This document shows positions 1-10,303 of a stretch of DNA of 64,000 nucleotides, in pieces. Source of the stretch: an uncultured Dehalococcoidaceae bacterium (GTDB lineage Bacteria > Chloroflexota > Dehalococcoidia > Dehalococcoidales > RBG-16-60-22). Under the pieces are notes generated by a model. That model ran no database searches. It was not told where the DNA came from and worked only from the letters and a program-made list of their open reading frames with translations. A program made the translations under genes and the position numbers. The stretch is from contig CAZWYS010000001.1 of NCBI GenBank assembly GCA_964638295.1, positions 2,144 through 66,143 on the forward strand. The letters are read 5' to 3'. Within the stretch, counting starts at the first letter, position 1; every line of letters starts with the position of its first letter.

Positions 1-1
1 G

Positions 2-436
2 GGAGAACCGGTACTTTTTGATTTCGGCGCCAGAGTTGACGGCTACGGCAGCGACCTGAGCCGAACCATCTGCCTGGGTACTCCTGATGATACGTTCAAG
101 AAGGTTTACGATGTCGTTCTTGGCGCCCAGCTAGCGGCACTGGCGATAATTAAAGAGGGGATGACCGGCGAGCAGAGTGACAGCATGGCGAGAACGGTTA
201 TTAAAGAAGCGGGCTACGGGGAAGCCTTCGGGCACGCCCTGGGCCACGGCGTCGGGCTGGCGGCGCACGAGCTACCACGCCTCGGCCCTTACTCAGCCGA
301 AGCGCTTGCCCGAGACATGGTCTTTACCGTTGAGCCGGGGGTCTATCTTCCCGGGTGGGGAGGGGTAAGAATTGAAGACCTGGTGGTGATGGAGGGGGGC
401 CAAGTCAGAGTAATTTCAAAAGCTAGAAAGGTGTAA
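2..436 (+). CDS. M24-family Xaa-Pro aminopeptidase, C-terminal fragment (5' end outside window)
   Basis: Frame is open from the window edge to TAA 434-436. Translation carries M24 metal-ligand motifs HGVGLAAHE, VEPGVY, GGVRIED. Confidence 0.8.
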   Translation, partial: GEPVLFDFGARVDGYGSDLSRTICLGTPDDTFKKVYDVVLGAQLAALAIIKEGMTGEQSDSMARTVIKEAGYGEAFGHALGHGVGLAAHELPRLGPYSAEALARDMVFTVEPGVYLPGWGGVRIEDLVVMEGGQVRVISKARKV

Positions 437-438
437 AC

Positions 439-1002
439 ATGATAAGCGGCGGTGATTTAAGAAAAGGAATCATTATTGAGCTGGACGATAAACTGTACCA
501 GGTTATTGATTACCAGCATGTCAAGATGAAGCGCACGGCACTGGCCAAGGTTAAGCTGCGTGACCTCAGCGCTGGTCACACCACTGAGCGAAGCTTTCAG
601 TCCAATGACAAACTCGTCAGGGCAAGACTGGACTCACGCTCGATGCAGTATCTCTACAACGATAATGACCTATACTACTTTATGGACGAGAAAACTTTTG
701 AGCAGATTTCCGTTACCGGCGGGCAGCTGGGCGATTCCCTCAACTATTTAAAAGAGAGCATGTCAGTAGAGGTGTCAAGCTACAAAGGTGAGGTGGTGGA
801 CATTGAGCTGCCGGTGGCGGTAGAGCTTGAAGTGACGGAGACGGAGCCCGGATTCAAGGGAGATACGGCTACCGCCGGGAACAAACCGGCCAAGCTGGAG
901 ACCGGACTTACCGTCCAGGTTCCCCTGTTCATCAATCAGGGTGATGTTGTCAAAGTTGATACCCGTACCGGTGAGTATCTAGAAAGGAGTAGCCAAGACT
1001 AA
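439..1002 (+). CDS. efp: translation elongation factor P
   Basis: 187 aa. N-terminal GGDLRKG..IELDDKLYQVIDYQHVKMKRTA and the three-domain EF-P pattern. Starts 3 nt after the upstream stop. Confidence 0.95.
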   Translation: MISGGDLRKGIIIELDDKLYQVIDYQHVKMKRTALAKVKLRDLSAGHTTERSFQSNDKLVRARLDSRSMQYLYNDNDLYYFMDEKTFEQISVTGGQLGDSLNYLKESMSVEVSSYKGEVVDIELPVAVELEVTETEPGFKGDTATAGNKPAKLETGLTVQVPLFINQGDVVKVDTRTGEYLERSSQD

Positions 1003-1003
1003 A

Positions 1004-1654
1004 TTGCTAAAAGCTGACCTTCACATTCACACCGAATATTCCATGGACTGTAATACGCCTTTAGAGAAAATTATTGACCGCTGTCTGGAAACAGGCATAA
1101 ACTGCATTGCCATTTCAGACCATGGCACCACTGAGGGAGCCCTGAAGATGCAGCAACTGGCTCCATTCAAGGTAATTGTTGCCGAGGAAATATTAACTCT
1201 GGATGGCGAAATCATGGGTCTGTTTCTCAAGGAGAATATAGCCGGCGGTCTTTCGGTTGAGCAAACGATAGCTCAAATCAGAGCCCAGGGCGGTATAGTG
1301 GGTATTCCCCACCCCTTTGACATATTCAGGCCGTCCGCTCTGGGTGAAAAGATAGTAGCAGAAATCGTGGAACAGATTGATGTTATGGAAGTCTTCAACT
1401 CAAGGTGCCCCCTCCTCCGCAGTTCCAGCAAGGCGCTGGCTTTTGCCGAGAAACATGGCATTAACCAGAGTGCCGGCAGTGATGCGCATACCCCCGGTGA
1501 AATCGGCAATGCCTACGTGGAGATGCCCGAATTTAATGGCAGAGATGATTTCCTTCAGTCTTTAGCCCAGGGCAAAGTTTTCGGGCGCAGGACAAATCCT
1601 CTAACTCACTTCAGCAGCGCCTGGGCGAAACTAACAAGTCGTAGCAGGAAATGA
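1004..1654 (+). CDS. PHP-domain metal-dependent phosphoesterase
   Basis: 216 aa, TTG start. DLHIHTEYSMDC, SDHGT, PHPFD and GSDAHT histidine motifs of the PHP fold. Confidence 0.8.
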   Translation: MLKADLHIHTEYSMDCNTPLEKIIDRCLETGINCIAISDHGTTEGALKMQQLAPFKVIVAEEILTLDGEIMGLFLKENIAGGLSVEQTIAQIRAQGGIVGIPHPFDIFRPSALGEKIVAEIVEQIDVMEVFNSRCPLLRSSSKALAFAEKHGINQSAGSDAHTPGEIGNAYVEMPEFNGRDDFLQSLAQGKVFGRRTNPLTHFSSAWAKLTSRSRK

Positions 1655-1657
1655 GAG

Positions 1658-2482
1658 ATGTATCAGCTTGGCTGGTTTTCCACGGGCAGAGATGAGGCGG
1701 CACAAGACCTCCTGGCTGCCGTGCAAAGCTCGATAACCAGGGGGGAAATTGAGGCTGAAATAGCTTTTGTTTTCTGCAGTCGTGAAGCTGGAGAAACCGA
1801 AGCGAGCGATGAATTTATCAGGATGGTCAAGGGCTATCAAATGCCACTGGTTACCTTTTCCTACCAGAAGTATAAGTCGGAAAGGGGCATAAAAGATGCC
1901 GGGCAGGAGGAAGCGCTACCGGCATGGCGGCTTGATTATGATAGAGAAGTAATGGCACGACTGCGAGGCTTCAGTCCCGACCTGTGCGTGCTGGCGGGCT
2001 ACATGCTGATTGCCGGGCGGGAGATGTGCCAGAAATATGATATGATTAACCTTCACCCGGCAGCCCCGGGGGGGCCGGCGGGAACCTGGCAGGAGGTAAT
2101 CTGGCAGCTAATTGAGAGCGGGGCTGAAGAAACAGGAGCCATGATGCACCTGGTAACCCCGGAACTGGACGGGGGGCCGGTGGTAACCTACGGCACCTTC
2201 TCGATTAAAGGCGAACCGTTTGATGAATACCGGGAAGAAATAAAAAGATATTCCCTGGAAAAGGTCAAGCAGGAGCAGGGTGAAGATAATTCCCTGTTCA
2301 AGCTCATCCGCCAGTACGGGGCAGCCAGAGAACTCCCGTTGCTAACAGCCACCATTAAAGCTTTCAGCCAGGGTAAAATCAAAATCAGCAAAGAGAAAAA
2401 AGTTATTGATGCTGAAGGAAAAGCAATTAAGGGGTATAATTTGACTGACGAGATAAATCAAGTGACAAGTGAGGCTTATTAA
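1658..2482 (+). CDS. formyltransferase-family protein (PurN/Fmt-like core with C-terminal extension)
   Basis: 274 aa. LCVLAGYMLI..INLHPAAPGG..MMHLVTPELDGGPVV resembles the formyl-transferase N-domain core. Confidence 0.6.
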   Translation: MYQLGWFSTGRDEAAQDLLAAVQSSITRGEIEAEIAFVFCSREAGETEASDEFIRMVKGYQMPLVTFSYQKYKSERGIKDAGQEEALPAWRLDYDREVMARLRGFSPDLCVLAGYMLIAGREMCQKYDMINLHPAAPGGPAGTWQEVIWQLIESGAEETGAMMHLVTPELDGGPVVTYGTFSIKGEPFDEYREEIKRYSLEKVKQEQGEDNSLFKLIRQYGAARELPLLTATIKAFSQGKIKISKEKKVIDAEGKAIKGYNLTDEINQVTSEAY

Positions 2483-2484
2483 AA

Positions 2485-3474
2485 ATGAACTTTATCAGTT
2501 TTGACCTTGAAGGGCCGCTAACGCCCAATGACAATGCCTATGAGCTAATGAAGCTCTTCCCCAACGGGGATAAGATTTTTGAGGTTATCAGCCGCTACGA
2601 CGACCTGCTGACGCTGGAGGAACGGGAAAACTATGAACCCGGGGATACACTGGCGCTCATGGTCCCCTTTCTTATACTCCACAATATTCCGGAGCGCAAT
2701 ATAACCGAGCTAGCCGCCAACGCCAGACTGACCGGAGGCGCTGTCGAACTTATCTACTGGCTTGAAGCTAACAGCTGGAAGGTATTTTGTATCACTACCA
2801 CCTACGAGCAATACGCCTTTCATATTACCCAGAAGCTGGGCATTTATGCCCACAACATTGCCGGTACCAAATTCCCGCTAAACGAGATACGCCAAACTTC
2901 AGGTAAAGAAGACTTGAGGCTACTGCAGCAGGTTGAAGAAGATATCCTGACAATGCAGCCAATTACCGATGACAAACGAATTAAGCAGAACCTAGACCGT
3001 TTCTTCCGGGAGCAGCTGCCTGCCACCGGGCTGGGAGAAGCCATAAAACAGGTGAAGCCGGTAGGCGGAAGGCGCAAAGTGACGGCTTTAAATAGATTTG
3101 CCGATAAGTACGACCAGACTTTATCACAATGGGTAGTGGTGGGTGACAGCATCACTGATTTCAGGATGCTTCAGGCAGTAGAGGCAGGAGGAGGGTTGGC
3201 CATTGCCTTCAATGCCAATGAGTATGCCCTGCCCTACGCCACAATGAGCCTGGCATCTATCTCGGTTAGCGACCTGAAGGAGATATTACCTGCCTGGCAA
3301 AAGGGTTATCGCAAGGAAGTGGAAAAAATAGTCAAGGTGAAAGAAAAAATTGGCGGCACGGGAGACAGAGGCTACTTCCACTGGCTGTCAGGCAGGGAAA
3401 ATATAGACGACGTCGTCAAACTTCATAAAAGAATAAGGCACCTGGTCAGGGAGGAAGCCGGCAAGCTGGGTTAA
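2485..3474 (+). CDS. HAD-like fold protein, EhaR-like, function unknown
   Basis: 329 aa. N-terminus FISFDLEGPLTPNDNAYELM resembles, from memory, EhaR-type HAD proteins. VVGDSITDF is a late HAD-like motif. Confidence 0.4.
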   Translation: MNFISFDLEGPLTPNDNAYELMKLFPNGDKIFEVISRYDDLLTLEERENYEPGDTLALMVPFLILHNIPERNITELAANARLTGGAVELIYWLEANSWKVFCITTTYEQYAFHITQKLGIYAHNIAGTKFPLNEIRQTSGKEDLRLLQQVEEDILTMQPITDDKRIKQNLDRFFREQLPATGLGEAIKQVKPVGGRRKVTALNRFADKYDQTLSQWVVVGDSITDFRMLQAVEAGGGLAIAFNANEYALPYATMSLASISVSDLKEILPAWQKGYRKEVEKIVKVKEKIGGTGDRGYFHWLSGRENIDDVVKLHKRIRHLVREEAGKLG

Positions 3475-3506
3475 AGCTAACGCCAAACGAAGGAGCAAGG
3501 ATTCAG

Positions 3507-4472
3507 ATGAGCAAGATTGAAGTAGCTGGTCTGGGAGCACTGAATATAGACCATATCTACCAGGTAGACCGCATCCTCGATGATGGGGAGACGGTCGTAA
3601 ACAAAGTTGACTCCTTCTGCGGCGGTTCGGCAGCCAACACTGTCTACGGCCTGGGCAAGCTGGGAGTGGTCACCGGATATATCGGCGCTGCGGGCAGTGA
3701 TGTGGAAGGTGAAATCTTAGTGAGGGATCTTCAGAAAGCCGGCGTGGATACCAGCCAAATCAAGATAAAGTCCAGAGCAAAAACCGGGGCAACCCTTTGC
3801 CTCAGCGATAAACACAGTTTCCGTTCCATCTACGTTGTACCCAAGGCGAATAGCCTGCTCACCATGAGTGACTTAGATTTTAGTTATATAAACAAGGCAA
3901 AAATCCTCCACGTTTCTTCTTTCGCCGACGAGCTGCAGTTCAAGCTCTTGCGGGATGTTGCGGGCAAACTAGCCCCGTCCGTTAAAATGAGTTTCTCGCC
4001 GGGAACAATATACGCGGTCAAGGGACTAACGACACTCGCCCCGATACTGAAGCGGACTCATATCCTGCTGCTCAATGAGAAGGAACTGAAGCAGATGACC
4101 GGCGAGGAAGTTAACGCCGGGGCGGAAAGCTGCCTCAAGCACGGCTGCCAGATTGTGGTCGTTACCCTGGGCAAGGGAGCCGGCTATAATGCGGTCAGGG
4201 CTACCAGCTACATCAGGGATACCAAAAATGAATACGTAATCAAGTCAAGCCACCAAGACCAGATGCCGGTTTTTGACACTACCGGCGCCGGTGACGCCTT
4301 CGCCACCGGTTTTCTCTACGGGCTGCTTAAAGAGAAAAGCCCTGAGGAATGCGGCCACCTCGGCGACATTGTCGCCCAGTTCGCAATCAGCAAAACAGGC
4401 GCCAGAGAAGGTCTGCCTACTTTCAGTGAGCTATCGCAACGCTATAACCAGCTTTATCTCAAGCAGCTATAG
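3507..4472 (+). CDS. PfkB-family carbohydrate/nucleoside kinase
   Basis: 321 aa. GGSAANT near the N-terminus and the DTTGAGDAFATGFLYGL ATP-site motif. Confidence 0.85.
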   Translation: MSKIEVAGLGALNIDHIYQVDRILDDGETVVNKVDSFCGGSAANTVYGLGKLGVVTGYIGAAGSDVEGEILVRDLQKAGVDTSQIKIKSRAKTGATLCLSDKHSFRSIYVVPKANSLLTMSDLDFSYINKAKILHVSSFADELQFKLLRDVAGKLAPSVKMSFSPGTIYAVKGLTTLAPILKRTHILLLNEKELKQMTGEEVNAGAESCLKHGCQIVVVTLGKGAGYNAVRATSYIRDTKNEYVIKSSHQDQMPVFDTTGAGDAFATGFLYGLLKEKSPEECGHLGDIVAQFAISKTGAREGLPTFSELSQRYNQLYLKQL

Positions 4473-5099
4473 CTATTTCTTAATCTCTTTGGCAGCTTCT
4501 CCTTCCGGCTTCCTCAACACTTCATCCACGATGCCATATTTCACTGCCTGGTCAGGGTTCAAGTAGAAATCACGGTCAGTATCGTGGGTGATTTTATCCA
4601 GTGTCTGACCGGTGTGGCTGGCCAGTATATTGCGGATAATGTCCTGTAGGCGCATGATTTCACGGGCGGCAATCGCAATATCAGCCGCCTGCCCCTGGGC
4701 ACCACCGAAAGCCTGGTGCATATGTATGGTGGAGTTGGGCAAGGCATAGCGTTTACCTTTAGCGCCGGCACAGAGGAGCAGCGTACCCATGCTGGCAGCC
4801 AGTCCAACACAGATAGTGGACACATCACAGCGGATAAGCTGCATGGTATCATAGATGGCAAGCCCGGCACTGATAATGCCGCCGGGACAGTGAATGTAAA
4901 GGCTTATATCCTTGTCCGGGTCTTCCCGCTCCAGGTAGAGAAGCTGAGCGACAACAACATTGGCTTCCCGGTCGTCAATCGGCGTACCCAGCATGACGAT
5001 GCGCTCTCTCAATAACAGCGAGTATATATCGAAAGCCCGCTCTCCCCTGGCACCGCTTTCAATCACCATGGGAATAACATTGGTTGGGTTTACATTCAT
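4473..5099 (-). CDS. clpP: ATP-dependent Clp protease proteolytic subunit
   Basis: 208 aa. [21 protein letters not shown], catalytic GLAASMG and MHQ motifs. Confidence 0.95.
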   Translation of the reverse strand: MNVNPTNVIPMVIESGARGERAFDIYSLLLRERIVMLGTPIDDREANVVVAQLLYLEREDPDKDISLYIHCPGGIISAGLAIYDTMQLIRCDVSTICVGLAASMGTLLLCAGAKGKRYALPNSTIHMHQAFGGAQGQAADIAIAAREIMRLQDIIRNILASHTGQTLDKITHDTDRDFYLNPDQAVKYGIVDEVLRKPEGEAAKEIKK

Positions 5100-6415
5100 T
5101 TTTGCGCCTCCTTTTTGGCTTTAGTATCAATTTTTGAGCCTCTGGCTATTTCTACGAGACGGTTTACCGTTTTGCGGGTCATTAAAATCTGCTTGATTGA
5201 TTCGCGGGACTGCGGATGACTCAAGGCTTTCCGCAGGTCTTCCTTATTCTCGGTGGCATTTTTCAGCACATCTTCAACCTCGGCGTCAATCTCAGGGTCG
5301 CCCACCTCAATCTTTTCTTCCCCGGCAACCTTGCCCAGGACCAGAGACCGGGTAACCCTGCCGGTTGCCAGCGGATGCAGTTCCTCATGTAATTGCTCTT
5401 CTGTCTTGTTGGCACTTTTCAAATAAGCTTCCAGATTTCCACCCTGCATCTGAAAGCGTCTTGACTGCTCGTCGAGAAGCCGGTGGACTTCCATCTCCAC
5501 CAGAACAGGAGGGAACTCAACCTGAGCCTGAGCGACCACGGCTTCAATTGCCTTTTCCTCAAAATCCATCCTAGCTTTCTCATCAGCCCTGAGCTTCAAG
5601 TTATCGGTGATTTTCTTTTTGAGTTTGGCTACTGTTTCCACCTCAGGGTCAAGCTGCCTGGCAAATTCATCATTCAGTTCAGGCAGTATCTCCTGTTTTA
5701 TTTCGCCGACTTTCACCTTGAAGGAAGGCTCTTTTCCAGCCACCTCGGTTCTGGGGTGGTCGGGGGGAAACTGGAGCTTGAACTCCTTTTCCTCGCCCTT
5801 CTTCATCTCGTGTAGCTGTCCGGCGAAACCCGGCGCCGGGATGGGCGAGTCACGAAATACCTGGTACTGGACTCCCTTTTGATTGATAAAAGGCTTGCCG
5901 TCAATAGTGCTTTCAATATCCAGAACCACCAGGTCGCCGAAATCAACAGCACGGTCCACAGCCTCCCAGGTGGCATTCTGGTGGCGCAATTGCTCTATTA
6001 CCCCGTTAACATCGTCCTTGCCTACTTTCACCGGTTCCGGGGTGACCCGAACCTTGCGATAGTCGCCGAGCTTAACCGACGGGGCCAGCGGCACCGTTGC
6101 CTTAAATATTACCGGGTCAGTCTGGACTACCTCAATCTGCGGTCGAGCGATAGCCTCAATTTGTTCATCCTTTATCGCCTTTTCAAAAGCCTGGGGCAAC
6201 AGATGATTGAGGGCATCGTCGAGGAAACTTTCCTTACCGAGATACCGTTCCAGTATCGGCCGCGGCGCCTTTCCCTTGCGAAAGCCGGGGATATTTGCTT
6301 TCTTGACCAGGCGACGATAAGACTCGGCCAGGGACTTCTCCACTTCAGCCGGTTCCATCTCAATGGTCAAAAATGCCTGGCTATTTTCGGTCTTTTCTCT
6401 AGTTACTTTCACCAA
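5096..6415 (-). CDS. tig: trigger factor
   Basis: 439 aa. N-terminal ribosome-binding GFRKGKAP motif and a central FKBP-like region. Located directly upstream of clpP, the classic arrangement. Confidence 0.95.
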   Translation of the reverse strand: MVKVTREKTENSQAFLTIEMEPAEVEKSLAESYRRLVKKANIPGFRKGKAPRPILERYLGKESFLDDALNHLLPQAFEKAIKDEQIEAIARPQIEVVQTDPVIFKATVPLAPSVKLGDYRKVRVTPEPVKVGKDDVNGVIEQLRHQNATWEAVDRAVDFGDLVVLDIESTIDGKPFINQKGVQYQVFRDSPIPAPGFAGQLHEMKKGEEKEFKLQFPPDHPRTEVAGKEPSFKVKVGEIKQEILPELNDEFARQLDPEVETVAKLKKKITDNLKLRADEKARMDFEEKAIEAVVAQAQVEFPPVLVEMEVHRLLDEQSRRFQMQGGNLEAYLKSANKTEEQLHEELHPLATGRVTRSLVLGKVAGEEKIEVGDPEIDAEVEDVLKNATENKEDLRKALSHPQSRESIKQILMTRKTVNRLVEIARGSKIDTKAKKEAQK

Positions 6416-7355
6416 TCCTTACCTCGTTCAATTTTGCATCATGCCTGTCCCGGCAATATTTCATATAACCAGCCACAATCAGCGGCGTCATAAACTCGAT
6501 TAAATACTGATACAGCGCTCCCATCTTTCTAACCGGTTCTAACTCTGAATTGACCTGAGCGGTCAGTTTTTCGGCGGCGAGGTCAAAACCTTCCTCCGCT
6601 ATCGCCTTACTTACCACCTCTTCCCAAAACTTAAGTTTCCCCATAGCCAACGACAAAATTTCACTAACTTTGCGGGTGGCGCCGAAGTGTCCGAAGTAAA
6701 GGGCAGTCACCTCCATTGCCGCCAATTTTCGCAGAGTATCAAGGTACAATGATAAATCAAAGCCGGGGGGTGGGGTGACCGGCATTAAAACTTCACTTTC
6801 AGCAAAGTACATGCCCACCGCATCCCCGGTGAATAATCCTCCGCTGCGGCTCTCGTGAATACACAGTTCGTGCGGAGCGTGCCCCGGAGCCTCGATGATT
6901 TTCAAAACCTGATTATCGCCCAGCCCAATCAAATCACCATCAGCTACCGGCTTCAGTCGCCCGGCGGGAACCGCCGCCACGGCACCAAAGGCTGCTACGG
7001 CTTTCTCACCCATAGTGGCGCTGACACTGCGGTTCAGCCTTTCCGGAGATGCCAGATGCCGGGCACCTTTATGGTGGGCTATTACCTGCGCTTGAGGCAT
7101 GCCTTCAAGCAGAACTCCAGCCCCTCCGGCGTGGTCGATATGAATATGAGTGACGACGATATAATCAATCTCCTCAGGGTTAACCCCAATGCTCTTAATC
7201 CCGTCAAGAACAGCACCGGCAGAAGTGGCAGGCCCGGCATCAATCAATGCCTTCTTAGCTTCATTGATGAGATAAACGCTGCCCAGTCCAGGGATGGAGT
7301 ATAAATGGTTATCAATCATATAGATGTTCGGGGCTATTTCCTTTATGTCAACCAT
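6399..7355 (-). CDS. MBL-fold metallo-hydrolase
   Basis: 318 aa. VVTHIHIDHAGG (HxHxDH) motif and a later GHAPHE. Confidence 0.85.
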   Translation of the reverse strand: MVDIKEIAPNIYMIDNHLYSIPGLGSVYLINEAKKALIDAGPATSAGAVLDGIKSIGVNPEEIDYIVVTHIHIDHAGGAGVLLEGMPQAQVIAHHKGARHLASPERLNRSVSATMGEKAVAAFGAVAAVPAGRLKPVADGDLIGLGDNQVLKIIEAPGHAPHELCIHESRSGGLFTGDAVGMYFAESEVLMPVTPPPGFDLSLYLDTLRKLAAMEVTALYFGHFGATRKVSEILSLAMGKLKFWEEVVSKAIAEEGFDLAAEKLTAQVNSELEPVRKMGALYQYLIEFMTPLIVAGYMKYCRDRHDAKLNEVRIGESN

Positions 7356-7358
7356 ACA

Positions 7359-9152
7359 CTACTCATCCCTCAGGCGAATATGCAGTTCCGTTAATTGCTC
7401 CTCGGTGACTGACGAGGGAGCGTCAAAGGTCAAATCAACCGCGCTCTGGGTCTTGGGGAAAGCAATCACTTCCCGGATGGTCTCTCCCCCTGCCAGCAGC
7501 ATGACAATGCGGTCAATGCCGAGGGCGATACCGCCGTGGGGCGGGGCGCCATAGTCAAACGCTTCCAGCATGTGGCCAAAGCGGTCAATAATCTCTTCAT
7601 CACTGTAGCCCAGCAAGCGAAACACTTTTTTCTGAAGCTCGGCGGTGTAAATTCTGAGGCTGCCGCCGCCTATTTCGTAGCCATTGCATACCATATCGTA
7701 GTGCCTGCCCCGCACCTTTCCCGGAGAAGTGTCCAGCAGCGGCACGTCTTCATCCCAGGGTCGGGTGAAGGGATGGTGCTCCGAGTCCCACCGCCCAGCT
7801 TCTGCACTCTTCCTCAATAGCGGGAAGTTCTTGACGAAGGCAAAGGTAAGCAAATCAGGTTCAGCCAGCTTGAGCTGACTTCCTATCTCCTGACGCAGAC
7901 CTCCCAGCACCACGTTGACCGTAACAGGCTCACCGGCACTGATTAACAGGAGGTCGCCCATACCGGCTCCCAGACGTCCGGCAATTTTCTTTATTTCGTC
8001 CAGCGTGAGGAACTTGGCGGCGGCTGACTTCACCATTTCCATGGTCAAGCCGTCCAGACTGCCAGCCGAGGTACCCAACGATATGGTTATCAAGCCACCG
8101 GCACCGAAGCTCCGTGCCAGCTGACCCAGTTCTTCAAGCTGCTTTCGCGTGTAAGCAGCACCGCCGGGCGCGCAGATACCTTTTACCTTACCGCCGCCAG
8201 CGACCGCCGAGCTGAAAATAGAAAAGCCGGACCGGGCGACGATATCAGACAGGTCGGCTATCTCCAAGCCAAAACGCAAATCAGGTTTATCCGTGCCATA
8301 GCGGTCCATGACATCGGCGTAGTCAAGGCGAGGGAAAGGTCTTATCAGCCGCATTTCCGGTTTAACTGCGGTCACCATAGAGGTAAAAAGGTCTTCCATC
8401 AAGCCGAGAATGTCCTCTTCATCAACAAAGCTCATCTCCAGGTCAAGCTGGGTAAATTCGGGCTGACGGTCAGCGCGGGTATCCTCATCACGGAAGCACC
8501 GGGCAATCTGGTAATATTTCTCCATCCCGGCGACCATCAGTAGCTGCTTGAGCTGCTGCGGAGACTGAGGCAGAGCGTAGAATTTGCCAGCGTGAAGCCG
8601 GCTGGGCACCAGATAGTCGCGGGCTCCTTCCGGGGTGCTCTTAATCATGATGGGCGTTTCTATTTCAATAAATTCCCTGGCATCAAGAAAATCCCGGATA
8701 AACTTTACTATTTTATGGCGAAGGAGGAGGTTTTCTTTCATCCGGGGACGCCGCAGGTCAAGATAGCGATACTTCAGGCGAAGGCTTTCTTCTATTTCAA
8801 CGTCTTCGTTGATGTAAAAAGGAGGAGTCAGGGACGGATTGAGTATCTCGGCATCCCGGGCGACGATTTCAACATATCCGGTGGGTAATTCAGGGTTCTC
8901 AGTGCCCGGCGGTCTGAGGGCAACTTCCCCGCCAACGCTGACCACATACTCGCCGCGCATCTTGCTGGCTACCTTGTGGCTTGCTTTTGATGTTTCAGGG
9001 TTAAAAGCCACCTGAACTATGCCCTCTCTATCACGCAGGTCAATAAAGATAAGCCCGCCGTGGTCACGCCGTCGGTCCACCCAACCCGCCAGAGTTACCC
9101 GGCTACCAACATGCTCTTTTCTCAGTTCACCACAGCTATGACTCTTGAGCAA
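7359..9152 (-). CDS. aspS: aspartyl-tRNA synthetase
   Basis: 597 aa, TTG start. N-terminal SHSCGELR..V.LAGWV..RRDHGGLIFIDLRD anticodon-binding OB fold. Class II motifs FRDED and GGGSLRI. Confidence 0.95.
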   Translation of the reverse strand: MLKSHSCGELRKEHVGSRVTLAGWVDRRRDHGGLIFIDLRDREGIVQVAFNPETSKASHKVASKMRGEYVVSVGGEVALRPPGTENPELPTGYVEIVARDAEILNPSLTPPFYINEDVEIEESLRLKYRYLDLRRPRMKENLLLRHKIVKFIRDFLDAREFIEIETPIMIKSTPEGARDYLVPSRLHAGKFYALPQSPQQLKQLLMVAGMEKYYQIARCFRDEDTRADRQPEFTQLDLEMSFVDEEDILGLMEDLFTSMVTAVKPEMRLIRPFPRLDYADVMDRYGTDKPDLRFGLEIADLSDIVARSGFSIFSSAVAGGGKVKGICAPGGAAYTRKQLEELGQLARSFGAGGLITISLGTSAGSLDGLTMEMVKSAAAKFLTLDEIKKIAGRLGAGMGDLLLISAGEPVTVNVVLGGLRQEIGSQLKLAEPDLLTFAFVKNFPLLRKSAEAGRWDSEHHPFTRPWDEDVPLLDTSPGKVRGRHYDMVCNGYEIGGGSLRIYTAELQKKVFRLLGYSDEEIIDRFGHMLEAFDYGAPPHGGIALGIDRIVMLLAGGETIREVIAFPKTQSAVDLTFDAPSSVTEEQLTELHIRLRDE

Positions 9153-9324
9153 AACTACCCCCCTTCGATGGTTACTATAGCTGATTATAGCTTATAGGGA
9201 GCGACTCTTCAAACCGTGCCGGCTTTTGGAACAAATGTCCTGCCTTTAATGAAACGAAAAATCGGCCCGATTCATACTGCTGTCCGCAGATACAACCGAG
9301 CCGATATTCGCCGAGCTACCTCGT

Positions 9325-10302
9325 TTATAAGGTGGACTTTACCGCCTCAATAATCTGCTCTTCCTGAGGAAACACCGCCTTCTCAAGGTAACGGTTTACC
9401 GGGATAATTATATCAGGGGTGGCTACCCGCTTGATGGGAGCGTCCAGATGGTCAAAGGCGCGTTCCTGAACCTGGGCAACGATTTCCGCCCCAACGCCAC
9501 ACCTCTTCATAGCCTGGTGCGCCACCACCAGCCTTCCGGTTTTCTTCACCGAGGCAACAATTGTCTCAATATCAAGCGGATGAAGACTGCGCGGGTCAAC
9601 TATCTCCACCTCAATTCCTTCTTCGGCCAGAGTCTGAGCCGCGTTCAGCGCCTTGAACGCGAGTGTGCCCCAAGCCACAATGGTGGCGTCTTTTCCCTCT
9701 CTCTTTACATCGGCTTTGCCGAGGGGCACCACATAGTCTTCCACCGGCACCGCACCACTCAAGCTGAGCAGGGTTACCGGCTCAATAAATATGACCGGGT
9801 TAGGGTCTCTGATGGCGGCTTTAAGCAGTCCCTTGCCATCATAAGGGCTGGACGGCATAACCACCTTCAAGCCGGGCACGTGGACAACCCAAGACTCAAA
9901 GCTCTGTGAGTGCTGGGCACCGAGGCCCATTCCGCCTTCAGCGTTAGTCTTGATGACCATGGCTACCTCAGGTCTGCCCGCCGATAGATAGCGCATCTTG
10001 GCAACGTGGTTGACGATTTCATCCATGCAAATCGCCATCCAGTCGATACGCATAATTTCAACGATGGGACGCATGCCAACCAAGGCGGAACCCAGTCCAA
10101 AGCCAACAATGGCGGTCTCAGATATGGGCGTGTCTTTAATTCTTTCTTCGTCAAACTCAGCGAGCAATCCCCGAGTAGTACCGAAAGCACCGCCAAAGGC
10201 ACCTATATCCTCCCCCATCAGGAAAACCCTCTCGTCACGTACCATTTCTTCTTTTATCGCTTCGCTAATAGCCTCGCGATAGGTTAGCTGACGTTGAGCC
10301 AC
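9325..10302 (-). CDS. 2-oxoacid dehydrogenase E1 component, beta subunit
   Basis: The ORF track gives 9325..10326. I prefer GTG at 10302: AGGAGG lies 8 nt upstream and it sits 1 nt after the alpha-subunit stop. This gives VAQRQLTYREAI.., colinear with the paralog at 50693. Confidence 0.9.
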   Translation of the reverse strand: MAQRQLTYREAISEAIKEEMVRDERVFLMGEDIGAFGGAFGTTRGLLAEFDEERIKDTPISETAIVGFGLGSALVGMRPIVEIMRIDWMAICMDEIVNHVAKMRYLSAGRPEVAMVIKTNAEGGMGLGAQHSQSFESWVVHVPGLKVVMPSSPYDGKGLLKAAIRDPNPVIFIEPVTLLSLSGAVPVEDYVVPLGKADVKREGKDATIVAWGTLAFKALNAAQTLAEEGIEVEIVDPRSLHPLDIETIVASVKKTGRLVVAHQAMKRCGVGAEIVAQVQERAFDHLDAPIKRVATPDIIIPVNRYLEKAVFPQEEQIIEAVKSTL

Positions 10303-10303
10303 T

